64,000 nucleotides of DNA from Candidatus Omnitrophota bacterium (GTDB lineage: Bacteria > Omnitrophota > Gorgyraeia > Gygaellales > Profunditerraquicolaceae): NCBI GenBank assembly GCA_041650835.1, contig JBAZKL010000001.1, positions 701,617 to 765,616 of the forward strand. Reading direction: 5' to 3'. This document shows, one piece after another, positions 27,001-39,000 of this stretch; position 1 is the first letter of the stretch, and each line of letters starts with the position of its first letter. The notes under the pieces were generated by a model that ran no database searches, was not told the origin of the DNA, and saw only the letters and a list, made by a program, of their open reading frames with translations. Position numbers and translations under genes: made by a program.

Positions 27001-30000
27001 CAGCAGCAATGCTCTGACCAGATGAACAACAGCCGCGACTTCGCGCATGGCGCAATCGGCAAACGTCTCATTAAAAAGATTTTCAATATCCTCCCGCTTA
27101 TAAAACTCGCGCTCCATGATCAAGCGCAGACTTTCACTGAATCGGCGGACCATATGATAAAACACAGATACCGGATGCCCGGCAGGAACAGGAGAGCTTG
27201 CCGGCAGGCTCTCGCCCGGCAAAGAGGCTTTCCGGATATTTTCTAAACAGGTAACAACCTTTTGGGCGATATCCAACGTTGTTTCTCCGCGGATCATGAC
27301 TACAGCATTCCTGCGTGAAGGCGCTGCCTGTTCAACAAGCTCAACATCAACGGCTTCCTGCCGCTGCCCGGGCCGCATGCTGATTATTAACGCCGCGTTA
27401 TAGCCGTCTTCCTCAGGGCTTATTTTACCGGCTTCTTCCCAAACAGCGTCGCGCACGGCTTTTTTAACCGAAGCAAAATCAGCGATCAGGCAAAAAACAT
27501 CCCTTGATTGAGCTATCCTGTTCTTTATAATACTGATTAACGGGACCTCCTGGCCTATCTTCTCATCGATACGCTTGCCCTGTATATATATATGCCCTCT
27601 CTTCTGGGAGACGGCCTGCGTGATAATAGCCATACGGATGAAATCTCCGACGCTTGCTTCATCGAAGAATTCCCCTTTAAATTCAGCGCTTTCCTTTGCC
27701 AGGAACAGGTAATAAACCAACGCTTGAATGAACATCACCTCATCGATACAGCGTAACCCTTCATGCCCTGAAACAACTCCGGCGACCGCGCGTAATCTTG
27801 CCACCTGCCGCGCCTGCTTTGTATGTAATACTACCGGGGGTAACGCTTGCTCGCGGATCCCTAATAACCGGGGATGCGCTATTAAGGGAAGGTTTACCGT
27901 GATCGTAGTCCCCTCGCCGGGGATTGAAACCACGCTGATACTTCCTCCGGCTTCACGGATCAGCTCGCGCAGCGTATAAAGGCCATGGCCGGCCCCTAAC
28001 CTGCCTTCATCCACCGCGTCGAATTTCGGCACAAAGATACGCATCACTTCTTCCTCGGGGATATGCATACCGTCGTTATTAAATTCAATGCTCAAGAAAT
28101 TCTTATTTAGATACGCATTGATCGTGATCGTTAATGCTTCATGCGGCAGGCGCGCGTGCTTGTCCGCGTTAGTCACGAACTCAACCAGGATCATACGCAG
28201 TAAACTCACATGAAAGCCGACATCCTTAAGTTCGCGCACCCCCGCCCCCGGATTAAAAGTTATTTTCGTAGCGGGCGCTTTATATTTCACCCCTATTTGA
28301 GCGAGGGTCTGATCAATTTGTTCAACAATATTGCATTGCGTCATCGCCATACCCGACCACCAGAAAATATCATTACAGTATTCCAATACCGTTTTAATAT
28401 ATTCCAGGATAGTGTCGATATAAAGCTCATGGCCGAGTAATAATCCGGTACCCCGCGCTTTTCTGATGCGCTCCTGCCTATCCTTAAGGATGATCGCCGC
28501 AGACTCAATATACGAGAGAAGCTTACCCACCGGCACCTCTCTTTTGACGCATTGAATAAACATTTTAGGGATCGTATCCAGGATCTCCCTGCACGCTTCC
28601 AAAGAGCAAAACACGCACAGGTCATCTTTATCGGATACCTGCGCGGTCATGTTCTTAAACAGCCGGACAATAATACCCGGTATCATCACGCAGGTATTCT
28701 TAAGATCATGGACCAACCCCAATAAATGCACGTTTTCCGGGACAGTCGGCAATTCTATAGTGAACTCCAAACCTCTCCTGATATCTTTATATCCGCCCCA
28801 GCCGTTTTTAAGGCTCGCGTACACGTGATGCATAAAATGATTACTTAAGCTGATCTGTCCCCTTATCAAGCCGAGCATTTTGGCGATACGATAGAGATTA
28901 AGGGAGCCTTCGGGGACCCTCCTGCGGTAGAACGGCTCAAACATGAACGCCAGATCTTCAAGCGGAGATCCCTCTCCGTTATCGCACACATGAAGGAACA
29001 GCCTCCTGTTCCTCTGTTCAAAAGTAATATGTATGGAGCGCGCTTTCGCGTAACAGGCGTTCTTGAAAAGATGCGCCAGGATATCAAACAATTCCTTACT
29101 TACGATAACATTCGCCGGCTCATCCAAATAACTAAAGCTGAACCGGGGAGCGGACGCCCCCAGTACCGATTTCAGGTCCTCGATAGCCGCTTTAATTTCT
29201 TGAGCGAGATCCTGGGCAGTCATGGTCAACGGCTCAATGACGCCCACCCCTGAAAGGGCTTCAGTGACCTGCGTGGTAAGCGAAGCTATATTCTCTATTT
29301 GCACCTGGACGCCGGTTAAACAGTTCTTGCATGATTGCGTTTTGCCCGCGTCAAAACCGGCGCAACCGCCGCATTGCATGGGCCGGCTTAATATCTCGAC
29401 ATGGCCCCTGACCGCTTTTACCGCGACGCCGACTTCAGAAAACACCTCCTGTAGTATTTTCTCGACATCCGCGTCCTTATTAGCCACTTTATTCTCCGCT
29501 TTCTTGATAACGCTATCCATGCGCGCCTCAAGTGCGGTGATCTCATCCGCGATACCGATGAATTCTTCACTGCGTTCCCACGCGGGATGGCATTGTTGGC
29601 GCATATACTCTAAAGAATCTCCCAATGAACCGACATAGCCGGACAGCGCTCGAGTAAAATAAATCGCGTTATATTCATTCTTTAATATTGAAAGGGTTTC
29701 CCGGGCTTTTGCCTGCACAACCGGATCATTATCTAAAAGCATCCCCTGCATAAGCACAGGCGCGATAGTCTGGGAGCCGGCTTCCCGCATATCTTGCGCG
29801 AGCTGGACCTTTTGCGCGCTGGAACCTTCGCGGGATATCCTGATAAACCAATCCCTGATGCATCCGGTTTGTTCAAAGCTGGCATACCACCAGAGTAACA
29901 CAAAACTTTTTTCTCTCTCTTGAGCCGAAGCTTCCGGGGAAAGATACACATCCATAGCCTCCTTAAGCTGCCCCTTAAACCCGTCCCGCAAGGGAAGGTG

Positions 30001-33000
30001 AACGGTCATTTTCCCGTTCTGCTTATAGACCGTAGCGTATTTAAGGCTTTCATCGTCAGCGGGAGTAGCGGTGAAATACAATGAGAACTCGAATTCTCCG
30101 GGGACTACGGGGCGCACCGGGACGCGCACTCTAAAAATATTATGCGCTTTTTCATCACGGCCGGGATCTCCAAAATGCCAAAGCTTATTATCCTCCTCGA
30201 GTGAGCTTGCCTTATAGTTATCACGTATAATATCCGAGACTTCCACTTCATCCAAGCTTACCTTCATTGAGCCTCGCGGCCAGAAGCCCAGGGAGATCTT
30301 CCCGGATTTCAGGTAATCGATTAATTCTCCCGCCGTGACCTTCTCATTAAGCTCAACGCTCGCGTAAGCCCAAAATCTTTCTCCGAAGACTATGGAATCC
30401 TGGATATTTCTTTCCTCTGTACGCTGGTCGATATGCCAGGCATCCAGGACTTTCAACGCGAGAGGTATCCCCGGCAGAGTGATTGCGGCATCCCGCTCTC
30501 CCGATAACGGTGATCCGCTCTGCCAAGCTATCCCCTGGTCATTGAATTCCCTTAATACTTTTTTTACCTGTTTGGCAAAGAAAGACATTTGGTATTCATG
30601 GACGAAATAAGCATATTCCCTGGCATCGCGGGAGATTTCAGGAAAGATCTTCTTAACTATTTCAGTACTGTAGCCCGCGGAAGACTCCATAACGCCTAAA
30701 GCATTGATGCCGAGCTGATAGAGATTCTCCGCGACATGCAGATACGAACGTTGTAATGAACGCTTGAGCGGCTGGTGAAAACCATTAACTTCCACGAAAT
30801 CGACCGTAAGGTATCCCCGCTGTTCACTGCCCAGGCGGGAGCGCTGCATAAAATTAACAAACCCGGGAGCGTCATAAACTAAACTTTTGAAATCACCGTT
30901 TTTTCCGATAACTAACGTCACATCAGAACCTTCACGGGCCTCAACAGCTCCGCCGAGTGCCTGCCGCATATAGTGAGCGGCCTTGTAGATCCTCTCCCCG
31001 GATGCCTCGGTCAATATCAAAAGATTAACATCGCTTATCTCTTTACGCGCCAGCCCAAGGTAACCCATGCTTCCCACCATCCAGACTGAAAACGGCTCAA
31101 GAGAAGTAAGCAGTAGTTTTTCCCGTATTATAAATTCCCGCAGCGCGTCCCGGAAAGACTCCTTCTCCTGTTTACTGAACAAAATTTCCAATAATTCATC
31201 GCGCTCCCAGGATTCAGGCACCGGATAATCGCGTTCAAGGACCGCGTCAAGGAATGCTTTCATGCGCGTAAAACGCTCCGCCGGGTCAGGAACGCTGTTT
31301 TCAGAAAGACTGTCTTCCAACTGATTGTAACGCCGCGCGGAGGCGTTCTTGCCGCTCACATCCCCGGTATCGCGCTTATTATTATGAGGAGCGGAAAAAG
31401 AAATAGTCACATGCGTATTCGTTAACGGATGGTTCCTTTCCCTGCGCACGGCGATAAGCATCTCTTGCTCGACATAATCCTCCAAATTAACGCATAGATC
31501 AGGGCTCCACCTCTTGAGCGTTTCCAAGACCGTATTAATCGCCGTCCCCATAAGATCATCGCTGTAAAAAGACCGTTCAGCCGAAACAATCCGGTTCAGC
31601 GGGTCCACGCCGCTAAACTGCTTCATCAATCTGAACGCGGCCGGCAAAAATAACTGAAGAAGTTTTTCCTGGGCCGCTTCATCACCGTCTTCAACCATCA
31701 TATACCAGAGTTCGGACTTACTGACGTCATACGCGTCAATTCCCGGAACAACTTGCTCATTTTCCTGTGAGTAGTCCCACAGCTTAAGCATGAACTTCTG
31801 ATGCCCGGTCAATTCGATCGGCTCTTTCTCCTTACGGGGCTGACTCTCAAGAATTCCGTACCTGCGGGCCGCATCATATAGGCACCAATCTCCTCCCTCA
31901 GCGATCTTACGTTTAAGCGCCTCAGGGGTACGGTCTTCAGGAGCGCGGCTATAATATGCTCTTTGCGTAGATTCTAAATCAGGATATTTACGCCGCTTCC
32001 CCCAAGAATTGATCCGCGCTGCCTGCCTCTGTTGATACAAGGCGACCTCCGGGTAAGTTACTTTATCCATAGTATCTACCATATCCGTAAGCTCTGATAT
32101 ACCGCGCGCCCCGGTGATCCTTACTTTTAATTGCTTCAGATAAAGTTCGCGCTTTTTAGCCGCGATAAGATCGACTATTTTACCTCGCCGCGGCTCTCCT
32201 ATTGAGCCGTCAACGTTGAGCTCTTCCAGCGCGGGAAGCGTATGGGCCCGGCGAAGCTCTTCCCGCAAGTGCCGGACAAGCTGCTGCTCCCGAGCCTGTG
32301 CTAATTTCTTTCGTTTAATATCCTTAACGCGTAATATTCTTGCCGACGTCGGATCATCAAAATCAGTAACCGCGATCTTTTCCAGCTCTTCTAAAGACGC
32401 CGCATGAAGGATCTCCTGGCAAATAACTCTTATTCGATTGCGACGGACTGCCTCTTTCCGGAGCAGATCCCTCTGAATCCGGTACAAATACCGCAAGCAA
32501 TCCCCTGAGGAGGCGCGGCCGCCGTCCAAGAAGAACAACAGTACATTTCTAAAATCTTCTTCGTGTGTTTTTGCTGTTTCCGGGCTCATGCGGCCTATGC
32601 CCTGGCGCAACGAATTAACCTCTACTATCAAGGAACGGATACGATCAGCCCGGCGGGCAACGGTCTTCTCTCCGAAAACACGGATTTTCTCCGTCTCAAG
32701 CCTGCTCTTCAAAGCATGAAGGAAATGAAGCGCGCGGGGATAATCATCCTGTCTTACCAGGGCAACTGCCTGGCGGTACCTGCCGGCTAAACGCCGCATA
32801 TGGAAGGACTGATATATTTGAGATCTTTCCCCAAGCTGCTTTCTGAGACTGCCTCCCTGTAAATCTATCTCTACAAAAGGCCTGCCGTCAGTACCATAAA
32901 CAGGCTCACCGCATTTATCACGCAGGTAACGGATACGCGCTATCCGGTTAGCGCAGGCAAGAATAGCGACTGCTGTTTCGGTAAGATGCTCCGCGGTAAG

Positions 33001-36000
33001 GTCGAAGTCGCGGAACCAAAAACGGCCGTTAACATCTGTTGTAATCCCCTGAACGATAAAATTACCGTTGAGGGCGCCTGCAGCCTGCGCCTCCAGATTT
33101 TCACTCCAGCGTTCAAAAACCTCAACTAATTCTCCCGCCGCGAAATCATCTGGACTAAAGCGATTATCAAGGGCATAAAGTTTATGCAATTTCTTACGCG
33201 CCACTGACCCGTCTTTTTTATTCGCGTAAGCGCTCACCAGGAAAGCTTTCTTATGAGAAGGATTCAGAATGCCATCCACACAGGCGAGTTCATAGCCGCA
33301 CTCGGCGCTAAAATCCATTCTTACCCGGTTAGCGATGATCAAAAGCCCCCGCTTCGTAAGGCGTTTCTGATGGATCTCATGCCAGGGATGTAATCGGTTC
33401 AAATGCTCCTCAAGAAAACGGCCCCAGACGCAGGAAATGAATTTATCCAGGCGCTTATCCTTGATCAAGATAAACGGCTCATCAAGGCGGGATTCCAGCG
33501 AAGAACACCAGGATACCAATCCATCCCTGACCAGAAGCTTCACTTTTTGATAATTGTATTCCTCGCCGAAGGATGCCCAGCTCCAATTCCCCTTTTTACG
33601 GTCGCCCAGGATATTCGGCCGCCTGCCGCCGATACGCAGTTGCCCCTTAAGCCCCAGAAAAGTAAAGGTTGTAATATCGTTGTAACGCATGAATTTATCT
33701 GAAACGATCGTACCCCGGTGTACATCGATCACTTCCCCGGTCTGATTATCTATAATAGGGAAGAATTCAAACCGCGTGTGGTCTTTAAAGAAAAATACCT
33801 GCTTTAAAACGCCTTTATCCACTTCAAGCTCATAGGCGGAATTTTCATATCCCCGGAAACCAAAATTATATTCACCGATACGCAGCTTAAAACTATCTTC
33901 CAAAGCTCCTCGGATCACCACATGCCCGAGCGCACAAAGCATTTTACGGTTAACTGAGCGCGGCAGGTCATGCCGGTCAAGATACCGCACAAGCGCGTCA
34001 TCGCCGAAAGATCGGGACAAAAGCTTTCTCCATATAAAGAAACGCGATTCGCGGTCATCCTGCGGCAAAACAAAATCCTTATGCAGCTCCTCCTCCTTCC
34101 AGAGCATGCGCTGTAAATCGATGATACTTGCGCCGGGAGCGAGCAAAACGGGAGAACTCGAGGCAAGCTTATCCTGCTCCTCTTTAACTTTCAGCACCTG
34201 GCTGATAAAGAACCTGATCAGATATTCATGCATAAAATAAACATAATCCAGGGACGGCTCAGAGGTGACGCCGATAAGTTTATCGGCCATGTGCCTGCTT
34301 ACCCCCGGCGTTGACTCCATCACCAGGATGCCGTTTGAACCTAACTGATATACGTTCTCCAGGATCTGGACGCGCGCCCGGTACATGCCGCGCATCTTCA
34401 ATTGCGCGCAATCACTGACGCTGAACAGCTCCAGCGATAAATACCCTTTCTCCCGGTTGCCCACATTATGGCGGGCGAGAAGCTCGGCGAAATCAGGAGA
34501 GTAGCTCTGCGTGTCCTTAAGATCATCAGCCTTGCCGACGGTCAGGGAAATCCCGTTCCCGCTATTTTCAGAAACATATCCGGTGAGTTTTTCGCGCATG
34601 TAATGCGCCGCCTCCACCAGCTTTTCTCTTTCCGTTTCCGCCAAAAGCATAAGATTAAGGTCGCTTACCCCTTTTCTGGCTAAACCGATATTGCCTAAGC
34701 TTCCCATGATCCAGAGGGCGAACGTATCAAGCCACGGCGGGACCAACTGCCGGCTGACCATAAATCCTTTCAGATCGGCGCAGAGCGCGTTCTTTTCCTC
34801 GCGGCTGAATAAACGCTCTTGCGGCACTTCAAACGCCCCCAACTCCGGCAGACAAGGGTATGCCCCGGAGTTTAAAGCGCGCAAAGATTCCTGCATCCTT
34901 ATCAAACGTTCGGGAATGCCCGTAGCGTGGGGATCGGACAAGGAATCATTAACTAAAAATCTTTTGTCTCCCCAGTCGGATGTGCGCGCGACACTCTGGC
35001 CGCGTCCCCGCGAATCATCGGTGGAAACGAGCATGAACTTACGATCGAGAAGATCAGCGCTTCCTTTCTCTTTACATATAGCCGCAAGGATCCTTTCCCA
35101 AACGAATTCCTCTAAATCGCTTTCTTCCTGAAGGCTCCAGGCATCTATTGCTTCAATGAGCGCTAAAATAGCTTCCCCGCTTTTATCGTCTTTAAAATAA
35201 TCCGCGGACGCTTCTTTTCTTCTCAGGAACATGGAAAAATCATGCTTTCCGTCTATTTCGCGGTATATCCGGGGAAGAAAATACCCGACGATCGTATCCC
35301 TGGCGGACTGATCGCCGCTTTCTTTCATCAAGTTCCAGAGCTGCCTTAAATCGGCAGCGCTCACCTCATGCTCAGAGGCATTCCCGTTCCCCTTATTGAA
35401 TTCAAGCATTTTTCCCTTAAAGCTCTGATAACCGCTTACCGCCGGCTCTCCTGCCGACGGAGATAATTGCTTCTTCGCCGACTTATAGAGACTGTTTAAC
35501 CTGCGGCGCGATAATTCTTCCAGCTTCTCAATGTATTCAATTGATAATTCGGGTATCGCGATATTTTCAAGTTCCTGATTACTCTCGGCAAGCCTGATCT
35601 GTTTCTTTATTTCTTTAAATAACTCCCTCTCGAAAATATTTCTTAAATACGAGGTCCTCTTGCCTAAGAGGATCTTCATTTCTTCTTGAACCCCCGGAAG
35701 CAGGCCATCGAAAGTGACCGTTTCCAGCAGAGCAACATCCTTTATGGAACGGATCATTTTCCTGATCCGGCATTGGGCCTCCCGCGAAATGCGTTGGATT
35801 ATTTCTTTACGCTTTGCCTTGCGTAATAATTCGATTTCTTCCCGGTCAGCGCTTTTTAGATTATCCCAGGACAAAGCGTGCAGCGCTTCAACGGTAACTG
35901 CCTGACGGATAAGATTCTTTGCCTGACGATAACAGAAATCAGCCATCTCCATATCATTCCACATATCCATGACCACGCGCTCGATTTCGCGCAAACGGCC

Positions 36001-39000
36001 CTCGGCTGCCGGATCAAAATAATGAAATTCAAGAACATCCAATGATCCCATCAAAGCAGGGACACCAGCTCCTTCAAAAGAAGAAAGTTTCCGGCGCAAA
36101 CTCCCGATAGTGCGCAACCAACGCAATATTGCTTTTGCCTGATGAGCAAGCTCACCTTCCCCGTTTATCGCGATCCTTCGCTGCCTGAAGAACTTCCCTA
36201 TCTTAACGAAAGCCTCCCTTGCATTTTTTATATCAGCATTTTCATAATAAGCTAAAGCTTGAACGAAACACGAACGCACTAAAGACAGCCTTTTAACCTG
36301 ATAAGCACGGGCTTTTTCAAAACACTGGGCCTTAATGCCTAAAGAAAGGTCTATCACAAGCGGTAAGTCATCATTATCAAATACCGGCAGGCCGCGATTA
36401 TCGCTTATGAACCTTACCAGTTTCTTTTCCCCTGCGATCACCAGCACCTCAACCTCGGCTGAAGCGAAGAAATCATCTGAAAAAGAGGCAAGAAAACCCT
36501 GTAATTCCAGGACTCCGTCGGCGGTTAACGTCCTGGGGGAAATAATGTAATCTTGCGCGGTCAGCTTAGACATCTTTTTGTCGCTCCATTTCTCAAAGAC
36601 AGCCAATAATTCCCCCTTTACGAAATCCTGCGGACGGCTTCCCGCCTTAATCGCGTAAACACCAGAGAGTATTTTCTGGGCCTTAATGCCGTTATCCCAG
36701 ACCCTGGCGCCGCAGATAAAGGCTTTTTTACCGCTGGGATTACGGATATCAAAGATATCTGCCTGACGATAAGAATAATCCGCTCCGAAATTCATCCATT
36801 CTTCACCTCCTAAAGCCAAAGAACCGTCCTTGCTTAAACGCAACGCGTGGATCTGATGGTAACCGGCCAAAGCGTTCAACTTTTGACGGGTTATGGTAGA
36901 CCAAAAACAATCAATATACGTATCATTACGCGCGTCCCAAATGAGGGAAAATGTTTCATTCAGCCCTGATTCCCATGAACAGCAGCGCCTCACCAATCCG
37001 GCCTTAACATAAACATTTACTTTTTCATAGGCAAACCTGCCGCCGAACTTTGCCCAGCGCCTGCCCGCCAGATCCAATATTCCATCCATGCCCAAATATG
37101 CCTCGATCACCGCATCTTGATATCCGGTGAAACGCTCTTGAGGGATCTTTCCGCAATGCAGATCAATGACTTCGCCTGTATACTTATCAGTTACCTGAAG
37201 AAATTCTTCCAGGCAATGGTCCTTAAAAAAGAATACGCGCTTAAGGATGCCGCCTTCTATTTCCAACTCATAAGCTGACCCGCCATACTTCGTGAACTTA
37301 AAGACATACCCGCCCATAGAAAGAGAGCCGCCCTGAGGCATTGTTCCGGATATCACCGCATGCCCCAGCTCTCGCAGCAGCTGCCGGGTTATGGTAAAAG
37401 GCAGAGAACCCCGTTCATGCCTCTTAATAAATCCTTCATTCCTGAAAGATATTTGGAGAAGTTTATCCCAGATCAATTGACGAAGCATCGGATCAGGTTC
37501 TTCAAAGCCGCGCCCCTTCTGCCGCCACAGCTTCTTCTGCAATAGATACACACCTTCTTCCCTCAATCCGGGCCTTTCCAATAACCGTTGCCCTTCAGGG
37601 GATATCTCCGGCATCTTAAGAAGCTGCTCCCCGGATTGCCCCTGGCGGTAATACGCCGCCGCGTGCGGGACTAAATGGAGCGCGTCATCCGCGTACATCT
37701 TAGCATCACACCTTACCGCCGATGAAGACCGGGAAGCTGCCCTCGGTTTCTCAAAAACCCTTAAATGCCCGTCAAGCAGTTGTTTGAAACCAGCGCTTAA
37801 AACTAATGATGAGCCCTGACGGACCTGCCAATAAATACTTTCATCAGCGCCATAAATTATCAGCTTACTTCCCGGCCCTAATTCTCTCTGCGCCTTGGCG
37901 ATCACCGCGGTATTTGTCGAACCTGCCCAGAAATAATACACAAAGTCAAAACCGCTCAACTGGCTTTTTAAGAAATCTCCCCTGACAAAATAAACCTTGC
38001 CTAAATCAAGGATCTCGCCTAATTGAGCGCTCACCCGCGGATGGACACTTATGTTATACAAACCAAAATCATACTCTATTCCTTTTGCCTGCGCGCCTAA
38101 AAGCGCGGATAGATATACAACCCTGCCGTCTCCACTTCCTAAATCAAGCAGGCTTTTTCCCGGTCCGACCCCAACCGACCTTAAAGCACCCGCCAAATCA
38201 TCCAGCCCATGCAAAGACGGTAAAAACGCGCCCCGGCCCCCCGCCACATGGCCTTTTGATAAAGGATCTAATGTCCCCTGAAGGACCATCTCGAATTTCT
38301 TCAAAGTCTCCTGCGTAACATTACAGGAAGATGAAGAACCCAAAAGTTCAAGACAGGCGCGCGTATGAAAATAACGCACTTTTTCTTTTAATGAATGCCT
38401 CCCGTCATCCTCACCGGAAAAGCCGGCCCTTAAAGCTATCGCGGAAGCGCTGGGGCCGGGAATGATCTTCTTATACCATGCCTGGAGCAAGACGGCCGTT
38501 TCTATAATGCTCTGGGGATACAACGAAACAGGGACGTATCCCAGATTACGCGCGGCTTCATCATAAATTATCCGGGCTGCGTGTTCAGGGATATTGGGCC
38601 ATTTATCTTTTTGATGAGCGGCGGGAGTTACAAAAATATCCGGTATCTTATTTTCTAAAGCATAATTCTCTAACATCGCCAGCGCCTGTTCAGGCCATGC
38701 CTTGAAAAGTTTCTTCCAGCTATTCCTTAAGTGTGTTGCCAGGTCACTCTGTATCTCTGTCACTATTAAACTCTCTGCCTGCTTCTGGAATCTCAGATAG
38801 TAAATGGCACGGGGGATATGCTGCCTTAAAGCGCCGGTATTGTTCCATAACGGAGGTTCTTCCTCCGAGAAGAAAGCAAACACCTGACTGCCCTCATCGG
38901 CAAACGGCAAGGCGGGGATCACGACAACTATGCCCGGGACGGGAGCGACAACTGTCTTCATATATTCGGGGTTCAAGAGTGCCTCAGGGAACCGCAAAGC

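Noticed and set aside
31450-31740. A sigma-70 region-2-like segment (IDAYDVSKSELWYMMVEDGDEAAQEKLLQLFLPAAFRLMKQF...)
   Set aside because: There is only a loose resemblance to the ECF sigma region 2 pattern (GD..A...L...Y...V). No region-4 helix-turn-helix is evident. It is too weak to call.
33050-37330. The two domain-X/NTase modules as a recent nucleotide-level tandem repeat or assembly duplication
   Set aside because: The copies are recognisably similar only at the protein level. The DNA has diverged (for example 37261-37320 versus 33781-33840). This is an old intragenic duplication, not a repeat artefact.
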